The translations under genes were made by a program, and so were the position numbers. A stretch of 64,000 nucleotides of DNA, from positions 160,734 to 224,733 of the forward strand of contig NW_008246138.1 in the NCBI RefSeq assembly GCF_000281045.1, in the 5' to 3' direction. This DNA comes from Saprolegnia diclina VS20. Its lineage: Eukaryota. The notes beneath the pieces are model-generated. The model was not told where the DNA came from, did no database searches, and saw only the letters and a program-made list of their open reading frames with translations. Shown piece by piece: positions 44,601 through 57,598 of the stretch (positions are counted from its first letter, which is position 1; the number at the start of each line of letters is the position of its first letter).

Positions 44601-47600
44601 GTACGGCTCGATGCGGCGGTCGGTCGTGAGCCAAGACGGACACCACACAATGTCGCCTGGCAGAAACGTACGCTTCCACGCACGTGCGTTTGGACACCGG
44701 AACGCAAAGATGCTGTGGCGGAGCTCGATCCGGACCTCGCCTTGGTTGACCACTACCATGCACGTCTCGAGCTGGTCTTCGTGAAACGGCGTCGGCACCG
44801 GCATGTGTCGACCGAGGGCACCAATCGCCTCGAGCGACAAGCTTCGCAGCAATAGGCTCTTGCGCAAATACCCAAAGAGGCCATGGAGCGTGCGCTGGCG
44901 GCGCCAGAGCGCATGATCGTCCAAGGACTGCGTTGCGCGCCGCACGGTGCGGTTGAGCTGCGCCTGGTTCTCAATGAGCGCCCGGCAGATTTGCTGCACA
45001 ATCGGCAGCCGCTTGGGCGCTGCCCTCTCAACACTCGGCAACTGCTGTAGCGTGCTCCATACGGCACGCGCGACGGCCGTGCGCTCTTTTTCATCGACGG
45101 CACTCAGATACTCGGCGCGGGTGAGCACATAACCCTTCTCGCCGCCACTCGTGTGGCTCACCAAGAGTGCGTTGAGGCGCGCGACAAGGTCCACGACGAC
45201 GAAGCTCTGTCGGTCGTGGTCGGCGCCAAGGCTCAGACCCGTGAACGACTCGCGCTCGACATAGCGCTCGATGAGCCAGAGCGGCACATTGGCGCAGCGG
45301 CCGTCGCTCAGTACGGAGAGCGTCTTCGAGTCGGCACGCGAGAGGGACTCGAGGCCGCGCGAGAGCTTGACGAGTGTCGTGTGCTTGAGCAAGTGCAAAA
45401 CCCGCAGCGTTGCGAGCGCGCTAAACTTGCGTGCATCGATTGTTGTGCTCGATTCGATGAAAAAGTACTGGCCCTCGTGCTCCGTGACGATCTGTCCAAA
45501 GAGCGGGCGCAAGATCTCGAGGTGCGACAGGACGACGCTCGCCTCGCGATTGTTAACGACCGGTAGCACTGCGTTGTGGGCCTGCAGCAGGTACAGCGCA
45601 TTGCAGGCTTGGGGCGTCGTGACGAGTGCCATCACGACACCCATGGAGGCTTGCTTGATTTCCATTTTGGTGTGCGCCGTGAGCACAAGGAGACGACTGA
45701 AGAGACGCAAGTTGCTCGTCACTGCGTCCCGAAGCGGCAGCTCGCGACTGCACTCTAGACTCTGCCGCATGAGATCCAACGTGAGCTTGAGAATCGTCAC
45801 GCGGGAGGGCACGACGGGCACATCGTGGAACTCGAGCTCGAGGTCCAAAGTCTCAAGCAGCGTCGCAAAGCCGCCGAGGTACACAAACCAATCGATGAAG
45901 CGGCTGTCGATTCGAACGAGGGCCGAAATGACGCCGAGACCGAACGGCAGCATGGTCGCCTGCGCCACGTCGGGTGCAAAAGACGTTAGCGTGCGGGGCT
46001 TGGCGCGTTCGTTGCTGGTCCACGTCGTTGGGCACCGAGCAACCACGAGCCCGTTCAAGCACTCGCGCGCGCGTGTCGGCAGCTCATACTCCATCGGGTC
46101 GACATCGAGTGGGGCGTCTTCCGGCGGCGGCGGCGGTAGCACAGCGACGAGGTACTTGCTCAGAGTCTCGATGCACAAACTGTCTTGTACGAACGCGTGC
46201 AAGAGCACAAACCCGCGCATGCGGCACGAAAAGGCGTTGGTGGAATTCGCCGCCTTGGCAAAAAACCGGTGCGCGGTCGCCGAGACGGTCTCAAACATGG
46301 CGAGGTTGTGCAGCTGTGGGTGCGAGTGTACGACGTCATGGACAAGCCGAATGTACTCAAGCTCGACGTCCATGAGCCACGCGGACGACGCCGCCGAGGT
46401 CGCACTGCGCCCGTCGGGTGCGCAGACCATGAGAAGGCGCAGTAGCAAGTCAATCTGAACGCTCGAGAGCGCCGACAGTTCGCCTCGACGCATGCAGTTG
46501 CGAAAGAGCTTTCGAAGCACTTTCCAGAGCGAGGCCGACCCGGGCACGTGGTCCAGATGCCCGTGGAATGCATACTCGCGGAGGTCACTCGGCACCGGAT
46601 GCTCGGTGGCGAAGAAGACAGGCACGTCGCGCGGTGGCAGCGGTCCCCGGGGCGTTAGCACACTGGGAATACTGGGCGCGTCACATGGCGTCGGCATCGG
46701 CGGGAGCTTGGTGTGGATTGCAAGGAGGTCCGTGAAAAGGCGCAGCTCGTTGTGTTCGCCGTAGAGCGTCTCGTACACGATATCGAGTTTCTCGTCGATC
46801 CCCGCCAGCGACGAGAGGTCATCGCGGTTCATGTTGTGGAGGTGCGCGCGCCATGTTGCTCCAATACGGCGAAACACAGCTGCCACTGGCTCCTTGCTCG
46901 GCGTCGTCATAGCGGCAATCGATGAGTTTTTGCGCTGTGCGAGACTCGGATGGCGCGTTGAAGCATCGGAACTCATAGCGTGTCGAAGACCCTTGTGGTG
47001 GGAAAAGAGGAGGTGCGCGAGGGCATCGGCAGCGGCCATGCGCATCGTGGTTTCCGCGTCAAAGCCGGGCGTCGCTGGCAGCGTGAGCGAGAGCAGCTGG
47101 CCAAGGGCCGCGAGCACTCGGTCGCTGAGGTGTTCGTGGATGTACGGAGAGAGCTGCTTTCCAAACGCGACTGTGTTGCGGTAAAACATGAGCACATTGT
47201 GAAGGCACATCGTGTCCGAGACGACGTCGTCGCGGCTCAAAAGCGTGCCCGTGAGGTGCATCGTGCGACGAAAGGTCGGGTGGTGGAGCACGACCTCGGT
47301 CGAGGCAAGACGACAGAGCACGAGCACGCACGCACGTACCATGTACGGTACCTTGACTTGACGCCTTTTCGACTAAGAATAAGAACGACCCTTTTGAGGA
47401 TCGGGTTTCGTACTCGTCGTTGATGATCGCAAAGACAAAGCTAGAAAACTCGAGCGTCACGCCGAGGTACTCGCGAAGCCCGTCCTCGGCGCACAGCTGC
47501 CCCAGAATGACGATGGGGTCCAGCAACGTGGCTTTCGACAAGAGCAGCTTGGGGTGGTGGACGTTGGCGCAAATGTCGCGGAGCTTCTGGAGCGCCGTGA

Positions 47601-50600
47601 GGCTTTGGCTCGCGAGGGGGCGCGTCGAACCCTCGAGAAAGTCGCACCGAAACAAGTGATTGAAGCACGCACTGCGAAGCAGCCGAAGGGTGTGGAACAC
47701 GATCGAGTCGGCGTCGCGCTCGGGCGCCGTCATGTAGCTCGCACCGTGCGCGACCGAGATGCGCTTGGCGAGTAGCAGCCATCGGCAAATGTGCGCACCG
47801 TTTGCCTACGTTGGCGTGAGCAACATGCACGCGCCTTGGCTAGCGCACCTTGCGGAGGAGATCGGATGGAGCGCAGAGTGGACACCCGTCGCGCGTCGCG
47901 CAGCGGCAGCCGTGGACTTCGCTGGACTCGCCGTGCACTTCCAGTATCATTGTCAACAGCTTGAGGTACTATCATCCATCGAGACATGTTAGCCGCATGC
48001 TGCCGATCGCACGTGCAGTACGTATTTGTAAATTTGGTGCAAGTGGCGAGAAACCTTGAGCTCTTCGGTCTTAGGAAAGAAGATCTTGAGCAGAAGCCGC
48101 TGTTTCACGGTTCGAAACTTGCGGTACTGAGACGTCCCCGGGGTAGTTGCGTCGTTCTCGTCTTCGTCGAGCACTTCGGCGCTACTGACGTCGTCATCCT
48201 CGTCGTCGTACGCGGCTTGGGCAGCAGGACCGCTGTTGACCATTTGCAGCTCGTAAAAGCTACCAAGCACGTGGCAAATATGCTTGATCGCTTGCGGCGC
48301 CGACGTGCCGAGGTACGCAGCAATGGCCGCCTCTTGCGACGCGAGGGTGAGTAGAATACACGCCAGATCCATAAGCTCGCCCAACGTAGACTCTTGGCTC
48401 AGGATCTTGACGATCGTATCGATGCGCGAGAGCTGCAGAAAGTGCGGCGCGCTGTCGCCCTTGCACACCAACTTGGCGAGCGCCGCGCAGAGCTAGAAAA
48501 GACATCAGAAGTCGTTCAAGGTCGTATAGACGTACCATCGGCCGCAGTGGTGTGTGCAAGTTGGGCTGGTCGGTCGTCGTCGCCTTGGTGTCGGGTGAGA
48601 TGGTCGCAATCATGTGGCAAATGGCTTCGACGAGAAAGTCATCGTTGACGCAGTTGAGCAAGTCAAGCTGGATAATGAGTCGAATGAGAATGTCCATGAG
48701 CAGCTGCGCGTGCGCTTTCGACGCTTCGTCCTGCATGAGGAGCTCGAATTTGGTAAAGAGCCCGGCGAGGATCGGGCGTGTCTCGGGTGCGTCAAACGTT
48801 TGCGCGAGCGCCCGTCGCTGCTTCTTGTTGATGTAGATCATGGAGATTTCAAAGAGCAAGTAGACAGCCTATCCGCTCCGAATAAGATGGATGAATGCCA
48901 CCATCGGAAAACGAGACCTCGATCTGGAGCTTGATGTGGATGTGGCCAAAGAGCAGCACCACGGGCATGCGGCCGTCAAAGAGCATGCGCGCAAGGCACG
49001 TGTTGATTGCATACTTGCGCAGGAGGAAGCGTGCGCAGCGCAGCGCCTTGATTTGAACAGTCTCGGACGTCGTTGGGTCGAGGCAGAGATGGTATAGCCG
49101 GTCAAACTCGGGCCGCTCAAAGTACACGTCAAAGTTGTGCGTTGGTGCAAGCGGAATCAAGTGCCGGATGCCGCAGAGCACTTGGACAAGCACGGGTGGG
49201 TCCTTTAGCTCGTGCAGCAAGCTCACAAAGTTGTCCTTGGTCCGTTTCTACACCGCTCGCGTCAACACCTCGCTGTAGACGACGGTGAAAATTACCTCAA
49301 ACTTGGTGATCGCGTCGTTCTCGATGGACTCGGTCTTGGCAACGACGCGAATGCACACTGCAATGAGCCGCAGTAGCTGGAGCAAGGCGCGCATCTCGCG
49401 ACTTGCTTTGTGCTTGACGTCGTACAGGAGGTTGGCGCCGCCCACTTGGCGTGTCTCCTCCGAGTTGTCGACGGTCGGGTCCGGGCCCAGCTCGTCATCA
49501 CCGTCCTCAGCGAGGCGCAAGTGACGTGTCGACGCCTTGTCTCGCTGCTGCTGCACCATGATGAGCAGCTTGTTGTAGCCAATTTCCGTCAAAAAGAATC
49601 GAGCAATATTGGCGTCCTCGATCAGCGTCGCGAGCACGGCGCAAGCGTACTCGGCCACAATCGGGTCCGTGCTGGCGGCGGCGTCGCCGAGGACTTTAAG
49701 CTTGGCGCAGCTGAGAGCCACTGGCTTTGATCCGTCGTCGACAAGCGCACGCGTCAACACGGAGATACTCGTCTTCAACGGCGCAATGACGAGCGGCTGC
49801 GGCGGCGCATCCGAGAGGTCTTCCTTGAGAAACCACGCCTCCTTGCCTTTCGAGATAAGCACGAGCCCCCAGAAGAGCTCCAGCGCAAACTGCTGGCCGA
49901 GCGAGATCAAGTTGGCCGCGGGCTTCTTGGCGTGCACAAATCCAAAGAGCTTCTTTAGAAACTGCATCAGCGTCTGCTGCTCCCAGATTTCGTTGAGCGA
50001 CGCGGCGCGAAACGCTGCAAACACAATGTTCTTGAGCGCAAAGCAGTAGGTCGCGACAAAGTACTCTGGCGGCGTGAGCTCCTCCGCAATAAAGTAGCCC
50101 TGTTTCAAATGTCACCACCATCTAGCTTCGTAAAGCGTACCGCAATCGACTGGGCGACGACAGTGACCTCGCGCGACTCTTTGATCGCGCCAACGCTCGA
50201 CGTCATGCACGAAAGCGCGCACATGAGGATGAAATACAACGTTGACGTGCGGTCGTCTCGGTCACCAATGCTCGCCTCGAGGTTCTCTTCCCACTCGAGC
50301 AAGTGGTCCTGCTTGGAAACATCGTCGCGGGCGCTGCCAGGATCCGTTTCGATCGCCACCATCTGCAATCGAAGCGACGTGAGAACGCGCGTCATGTCGT
50401 GCACGGGGCGCTTGCCCGCGACGGGTGGCGGCTCGAAGACGTCGATGGCGCCTTGGCGGTTCACGAGCCCCACGTAAACGTCGAACCCGTTGGACCGGCT
50501 CCGGTTGATCCGCGCAATGCTCGCGTACGAGTGCTTGAGCACGCGCCGCATCGTCTGGTCGCTTACAAAGCTGGCGGCGGCGCCGTGGAGCGAAATGTGC

Positions 50601-53600
50601 GTGCAGAGAAGCGCGGCGATCCAAATGCACAGCTGCTGCTTGGTCGAAATGAACGGCGTCGAGACCGTCTCGTGCAAGTCGAGCACCTTGGCTAAGAGGT
50701 TATCTTTGGTGCAAATCAGCGCGATCGTCGGGTCGTAGCAGAGGCAAATGAGCCCCATGAGCGCGGGTAGCTGTAGTGCGACGAGCGCCTTATCGAGCTT
50801 GGCATCGAGAAGATTTACAAAGAGCATGAGAAGACTGGGCATCCGCCCGTCGAGGTCCGTGGCTTTGGTAGCCAGCGCCAAGCTCGCATGGTGCTCGTCC
50901 GCGATAAGTGCGAGTAGCTTGGCGCCGCGAAACACCTTTTTCGACAAGTCCATGTCCGACCACAGCGTCGGGACGATGTCCATCATGTGCGGTGTGACAG
51001 CGTCGACGAGGAGCAGCGAGAGCTCCGTCACAGTCGCGCCGTAGACGCCGACGGCAACATGCGGCACCTTGCGCAGAAGCCCGAGGTGGAGGAGGGAAGC
51101 GAGGACGCGCAAGATCTCGACGTTCAAATGCGGGACTTTTCCGCGCGAGTAGAGGCCGATGAGCGCGGTGGGCACGACGTCGAAGAACTTGACGAGACTA
51201 TCAAGGATCTTGATGCGGCGCGCGAGGAGGTAGATCGTGCGCAGCAAGCGGGCTTGAAGCCCCGACGTGTCGCGCAGCAGCTGAATGTAGAACATCTCGA
51301 GCGGCCGCAAGAGCCCGAGGACGCCCGCCATGTCGTGCTCCTGGGCCCAGCGGACGCCGACTTTGGTGCCTATCAAGTCCAAAAAGAGCGACGTCATAGC
51401 CTCGTAAACGTCGCTCGTCCTAGACACAATCGAGTTGCTTCCACTGCCGAACCATGCATGTAGTACCAGTGGCGGTTGCGGGGGCAGCCGCAGCTGCATT
51501 GAATCAGATACGACACCATGTGCTTGTCCTTGGCTCCGAGGAGCACGTCACCGAGCGCTTGGAGAATGACGCCCGTGTACACTTCGAGCTCGTCGCTCTC
51601 GATGCGCGGCAGTATGTACGTTGTCCAAAGCGTGTGGTGCACGATGAGCGCGCGGCTCGGTCCGCACATCTCGCGCGTCAGTAGCACCTGCCGAATGAGC
51701 GCTTCGCAGACGGTCTTGGTGGTCTTGCCGTCGACAAACGCGGTCGTCGAGAGAAACGACGGCGCCGACAGCATGTCGTGGAGCAAGCCGAGTCCGTCGC
51801 AATCGACAAAGCATTTCTACACACCAGTCCAATGCTTGGAAGAAAGCCGCGCTGCCCACCTGCTTTTGCGTGAGCGGAGGCAACGCCACGACGGACGAGA
51901 GACTTGGGACGGCCGGTGTGGCTGGTTTTGGCGGCGCCAAGAGATGCTGGAGCAAGCGCAAGGTTCCTGCGGCAATAAACTCAACGGTCGACTGCACCGC
52001 GGCCGTCGATCCGTCCTTGTCGACGCAATCGTTGTTGGCGCGCTCGAGGATCCGCAGTAGCAACTGCACAATGTCGGGCGTCAGAAGCGAAGGGTTGTCG
52101 CCAATCGCGGCAAAGATCTTGTCGAGTGCTATTTCCATGAGGTCCTCGGCGTACCGCGTCGTGAGCCGGCTTTCGACGAGTGCATCGTAGAGCGGTCGAC
52201 CTCGCGGCAGGCGATCCCACGCGTGCTGGCGCTCGCCAAAGAGGTTTTGCGTCATAAACTGCAGTCCTTTCTGCAAAAGAAAGATGCTCACGGCGGCGGC
52301 CGGCATCACACCGAGTTGCACGAGCGCTTGGTTGAACGCGTTGTTCTCGTGGCGCCCCGTCGTGCTCGGACGGTGCGTCACCGTAGCGTGCCGCGTCGAC
52401 GACGCCACCTCCTGGTAGAAGCGAATAGAAACGCGCAGGAGTTGGTCCGAGACGGCAAACGCCACGGCGACCGACTGGACGTCCGGGTGGTGGAGAAAAA
52501 AACTCAAATTCGTATTCGCGAGCATTTCCGGGGTCAAGACCGCGTCGGTTGCTTGCCGAATGTTGAGGCCGAACGCCACGTGCACACGGAAGCCATCGGG
52601 GCTCTTTTGCTGGCGCCAGTTGAGCAAATACGTCCATAGCCGAACGACCTCGTCCACGTACACGGCGTGGAGCTGCTCCCAGTCCAACGGGGTGGGTTCG
52701 CCGTCAGCGTCGTCTTCGTTTTCGTTCATTGGCTCAGACACGATCGAGAGGTCGGGCAGCGTTGATAGCAGCACAAACTCACAAAGAAGCTCGTGCTCGC
52801 CCTTGAAGAAGTAGCGCTGCAGCGTCGTCGACGGAATGTCGACTGCACTGTCCCAGCGCGCGCGGCGTCGCGTGGCATCTGAGGTGCTCAGCGCGGCGCA
52901 CTGGGCGTGCGTTGCGAGACAAAACTCAGACTGCAACATGACCCGCGGCAGGTGCAGTCGGGTGCGCTCAATGTTGACCTTGTCGAGACCGAGCCGCGGC
53001 TGCAAGGCGCTCACGAGGTAATCTCCGATCGGACTGGGCGCCTCGACCGCCGTCGCTTCGTGCACGTGCGCCTTGACGAGCTCGAGTAGGAAGCGCATGC
53101 TTTGGGCCATTTGGACACCGTCGTGAACGCGAAACGCGCTCGCCAGGTGGGCGCGGTACAACCGGATCATCTTGATTAAGTACACGGCGAGTTCCTTGAA
53201 GAAGGACGGGAGCTTGCTCGCCTTGGCGATCGGGTGTACGTGGGCGAGACGCGGCTCGAGCAGAATAATGCGCTCGAGGTACACGTGCGATGTCACGTCT
53301 GTAAACGCAAAGCGGGCCTCCTTGAGCCGCGCTTGGCGCTCGTCGATCGCTAGCAAAATGGCTCCAACACGGCCATCGGGCGACGTGGCGGGCGTCGCAA
53401 AGTGCCGCAATCGCTTCTCCGTGCAGCGTGGCGAGTGGTAGTACGAGTACGCGAGGATGTAGAGCAGCTCGAGCATCGCGTGCAGCTCGGGCTCGAGTTG
53501 TGCGTGGTTCTTGAGCAACTGTGGCTTGAACGGCATCTCTTTTGCCGAAATGTACGAAAGCGACGGCGTCTCGAGTGGCAGCTCCTTGATGTTGAGCAGC

Positions 53601-55789
53601 GGAAAGACGCCTTCAAAGATGGCCGCACGCAAGTAACTGGGGAGGCTCCAGCGGGACACGTGGCATATGAGCGACAGCTTAGTTTCAAACGTCCGGATGA
53701 TACCGACCTCCTCCTCGCCCCACTCGGCCGTCTTCTCAATGAGATGCGCGATGTCGACGACATCATCCATGACCGCTTTGCGCCAGTCGTGCTGGATGTC
53801 GCGGACGTTGCCCGCGTCGCACGCTGCAATCTCATCCTCGATCGCGAGCGCGAGGAGCGGGGCCACGTGGCTCAAGGCCCCCGAGTCTTCCGAGATAGCC
53901 AGCGCATATTGGATCGGGTGTGCAGGAATGAAAATCGTTTGCGCTGAGAGGTAGTCCCAGAATGCTGCGATGAGGCAGTGGCGCGAGAGGGAGATCGAGC
54001 GTGGGTTGGACGCTGCGTACAGACGGTCAATGTCGTCTTTGTGGCCGTCACCGTGGTGCAAAGGAGACACGCGATCCGGTCCTGCCCGCAGCTTTTGGAT
54101 CGCGAGGTGAACAAACACCGCCTTGAGCGCGGGCGCGGCTTCCGGGACCACGTCGTCGTCGCCGTCGTCAATCGCAGAAATGGAGCTGCGCGACGCCGCC
54201 TCGAGGTTGGCACGTAGCCGACGGTGGTGATCATCGTGCGACGCCTTCTCGGGAGCTGTATGTACCGGTCGGTGGTGTTGCGACGGCGCCGCTGCCGTCA
54301 CAGCTCGATGCTCGACAGCGGGCGCTGGTGCCTTTTGCTCAAGCGGGGCGCGCCGCGGCGACACGGCCTTCTCGCGCGGCTTGGGGGGCGACGTTTTGCG
54401 ACGCGGTGGCTCTACATGGTCTGGCACCGGAGCCATTTTTTCGGGCTCTACGGCCGGAACCACAGGAGGTGCGGGTGCTGGCTTTTCTTTTCGCGGCGAC
54501 TTGGCCATGCGGACGCGCTTGACGCGCTCGGGCGCAGCGGATGGTGGTGCCGCGGGCGTTGGCTCGATGACAACCGGCGGCTTCTCTCCGTCCTCGTCGG
54601 GGTGTTTGGGCGCCGGCTCTTTCCGCGGCTTGGCCACGTGCACATATCGCTTCAGACGCATCTGGAACAGTCCGTGGGCATCTTCAGGCACGAGCAAGAT
54701 CAAGTTGCTCAAGATTGACTGCGAGTTGACCTCGTCCAAGGCGTACTCTAAATGTTGACATGAGATTTGGCGTCAACAACATATACTACCCAGCAATAGC
54801 GTGGTATCTGGGACGCCGACAAGCTTCCGGAACTCGTCTTCGTGGATCGCCAAAGTGACGGGCAACGGACAACCCACGACTTTTGTGCGTAAGATGACGC
54901 GCTCGAGCGTCGGGAAGTAGAGGAATTTGATGTGGCACTCATGACCAGCAAGTGTTTGCACCGTCGACAAGAGCACGTGCTTGGGAGGCTTGGGCGGTGC
55001 GATAACCACGACGGGCTCGGGTACGTACGCAGGCTTGGGCGCCACGACGGGTGCTTCAATAACCTCGACTTTGTACGCCTCCTGTGGCTTGGGCTCCTGC
55101 GTCCGGCGCTGAACAAACTGCTCGAACGCGGCCTGTTGCCGCTCCTTGACCAAGTTTCGGCGCTGCTGCGCTTCCTTGGATGTCAACGGCTGCAGTTCTC
55201 GCAGACGAATGTGACTGGGGAAGACGTCCTGAAGGAGCATCATGCTCTCCGCGCTCGCGTCGAGAACCCCGTCCCCTGTCTCGAAGACAAAACCCTTGGG
55301 AGCGCTTGGAAGAAACCGAGCGATGAGCTCACGCGCCGCCTTGAGGTTAGCGTTCGTATGGAGCTCGACAGTTCCGATCTTGACATCGCTGCTAGCGTCT
55401 TGTGCGAGGAACACCTCCTTGAGGCTCCATACGGCGTCGGGGCTCGTCGTGTCGAGAAACTGCTTGGAGGGCGAGAGCCGCATGGCCGAGTTGACGGACG
55501 AGAAAGACATGGCGAGCGACATGGGCAGGTCGCTTGAGAAGGACGGCTTGGAGAACGCCACGGGTTTGGTCTTTGCTGGCGACGTCGGACGTGGCGGGCT
55601 GCCTCCGCCGACGGGGCGGGTCTCGCCGAGGGTCGTCGCATCCTCAACGAGCTCATCGAGCGCGTCCGTCGGGGCGAGGAGGGCCTGCTTCTTGGCCTCG
55701 ATGTCGAGCAGCGCGGTCTCGAGCTTGGAGCGCTCGACCTCATACTTGCGCTTCGAGGGCGACGCCGGCAGGCGGAAGAAGCGCTTCAT
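32688..55789 (-). CDS. Giant (~7,400 aa) uncharacterised protein: ubiquitin-like N-terminal module, long ARM/HEAT-like solenoid, possible cNMP-binding-like domain, C-terminal multi-pass membrane domain; about 21 exons
   Basis: Consecutive minus-strand ORFs (55789-54773, 54739-51548, 51786-51394, 51499-50105, 50108-49248, 49226-48849, 48859-48260, 48471-47989, 47733-47059, 47342-42018, 41963-40182, 40172-38910, 39160-37193, 37215-34540, 34487-32688) join by ~45-55 nt GT-AG introns that preserve phase at each junction I checked. Confidence 0.8.
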
Positions 55790-55932
55790 GGCGCTGCCCC
55801 GTATCCTGGGGATCTTTCGAACTGCGACCCAACACTATATGGCACGCACACTATTTGCGCGTTTCGGCGCGATACAAAATCCAACAGTGCAACAGCAACT
55901 CTGATACATTGTTGTCGTTTCACTCGAATCTC

Positions 55933-57068
55933 TCACGCCTTCTTGAGCATGACGATGGCCGACGTCGCGAGCGTCGAGCCAAGGATGAGCCGGAGGTTCT
56001 CCTGCGACACGTTGAGCGTAACAAACTTGGACGTGATGGCGACGCCCGCCACGAGGCCGACCCCGATCTTGAGCGCGCTCGGGAGGTGCACCGACTTCTT
56101 CTGCAAATTGTGGTACGTGGACGAAACCCCCACGGGCACGATACCCAAGAGCGACGTGCCGATGATGTCGGCCTGCGGCATCTCGCTCGCCGCCGTCAAG
56201 TACGTCGTCATCTACGTCACAGGATGAGTTCTTCATACATTTTGCATACGAGGTGTACGAGAATGCCGCCGCCGAGACCACAGAGCCCCGAGACAAAGCC
56301 CGAGATGGCGCCAGCGACGAGGTACTTGGCGTTGACAGCGCAGAAATGCGGAAAGTTCTTCGCGACCGCGTCCACGTACGCCGAGGTGTCGGCGTGGTGC
56401 GTAAAGTACTGCAGGTCCAAGCGCTTCTCGAGCGAAATGTTGTCCGACTTGCTCGCGTCGCTTCGGCGGGCCTGGAGCTCGTCCTTGAAGTAGATGAAGG
56501 GTACGCTGACGAGCATCGCCGCCCCCACGACGCGACGCAGGTGGACTTGGCTGAGCCTACGAGGGTCAGTGCTCAGGATCGAGGATCAGGAAGAGGCGCG
56601 CGTACTTATGAGCCAGTTGAACGCCGACCTTGGTAAAGAAGATGGACGAGCACGTCACGAGCGCCGCCATCGGGATGTTGACGCAGCCCGCCATTAGGTA
56701 GTTCACGGACCCTACGGTGGCGCTCACGGTCACGGCGGCGATCGACGTGCCGTTGATGGCTTGTTGCGTCAAGCCCGTCCACTTGGCTAGCGTCTAGGAT
56801 GACAGATAGCGAGGTGAGAGAGTACGACAAGAGCGCAATAACGTACCGGGATGATGATGATACCACCGCCAACGCCTGTGAGGGCAGAGACCGTGCCAGC
56901 AAAGGCGCCAGTGCCCGACGCCACAAGCCAGCTCATCTGGTTCGATTCCTTCGTCACTGTGGAGCTGGCTTGGCGGAGCTGGAGCCGCCCAACTTGCGCG
57001 CCACGACTAGTTCGCATGGCCATGGGCGCGTGCGGCTGGAGCTTCACCAGCGGCTGAGCGCGGAGCAT
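55933..57068 (-). CDS. TauE/SafE (sulfite exporter, TSUP) family membrane protein with probable mitochondrial presequence, multi-exon
   Basis: GAFAGTVSALTGVGGGIIIIP, QQAINGTSIAA, AGAISGFVSGLCGLGGGIL, IIGTSLLG; basic Arg-rich N-terminus. Confidence 0.85.
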
Positions 57069-57598
57069 CGAGACCTTGGTCCCAGCGCTGCGGCGCACCA
57101 CAGAAGCCGCCCACATTTCGAAGTCCCACCGTGGCCGGTTCAAAACATCCTCGAGGTTCCCTGCGGCAAGATTCGACGCAATACACTAATAAAACACCTC
57201 TTAAGCTATCGACGACGGTAACCATGCCTCCCTATGTGCTTGCCGAGGCTTTGGTAGCTGCTCACGTCCCGCAAAGTGCATTTTTGTCTGCGTACGCTCT
57301 AGGGCGCGACTCTGTCCTGCCGATTACACAGTGCATTTGTGAGGCAGGTGACTAATATTGGGTGATATTAGTCTAGCCTCTGGTGTCGCCGCGACCTGGA
57401 CCGCTTGTAAACATCACGATTGCCTCGACGCACAAGCAGCATGCTCATGCGCTCGACCAAGACGTTGCGCTCTCGGACTCTAGGACCGTGTCTGGCTCCA
57501 TATAGCAAGCGTCTGCGACGTAGCGATGGCTGCTGGCGACAGAGTCTAAACGCACGCAACATATTGGTAACAGGATATCACGCACTTGTAGACTGACG

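Noticed and set aside
32688..55789. Reading the region as a cluster of 12-16 separate hypothetical genes, or as a canonical ryanodine/IP3 receptor
   Set aside because: Each ORF break coincides with a short in-phase GT-AG intron, and no RyR/IP3R signature motifs were seen.
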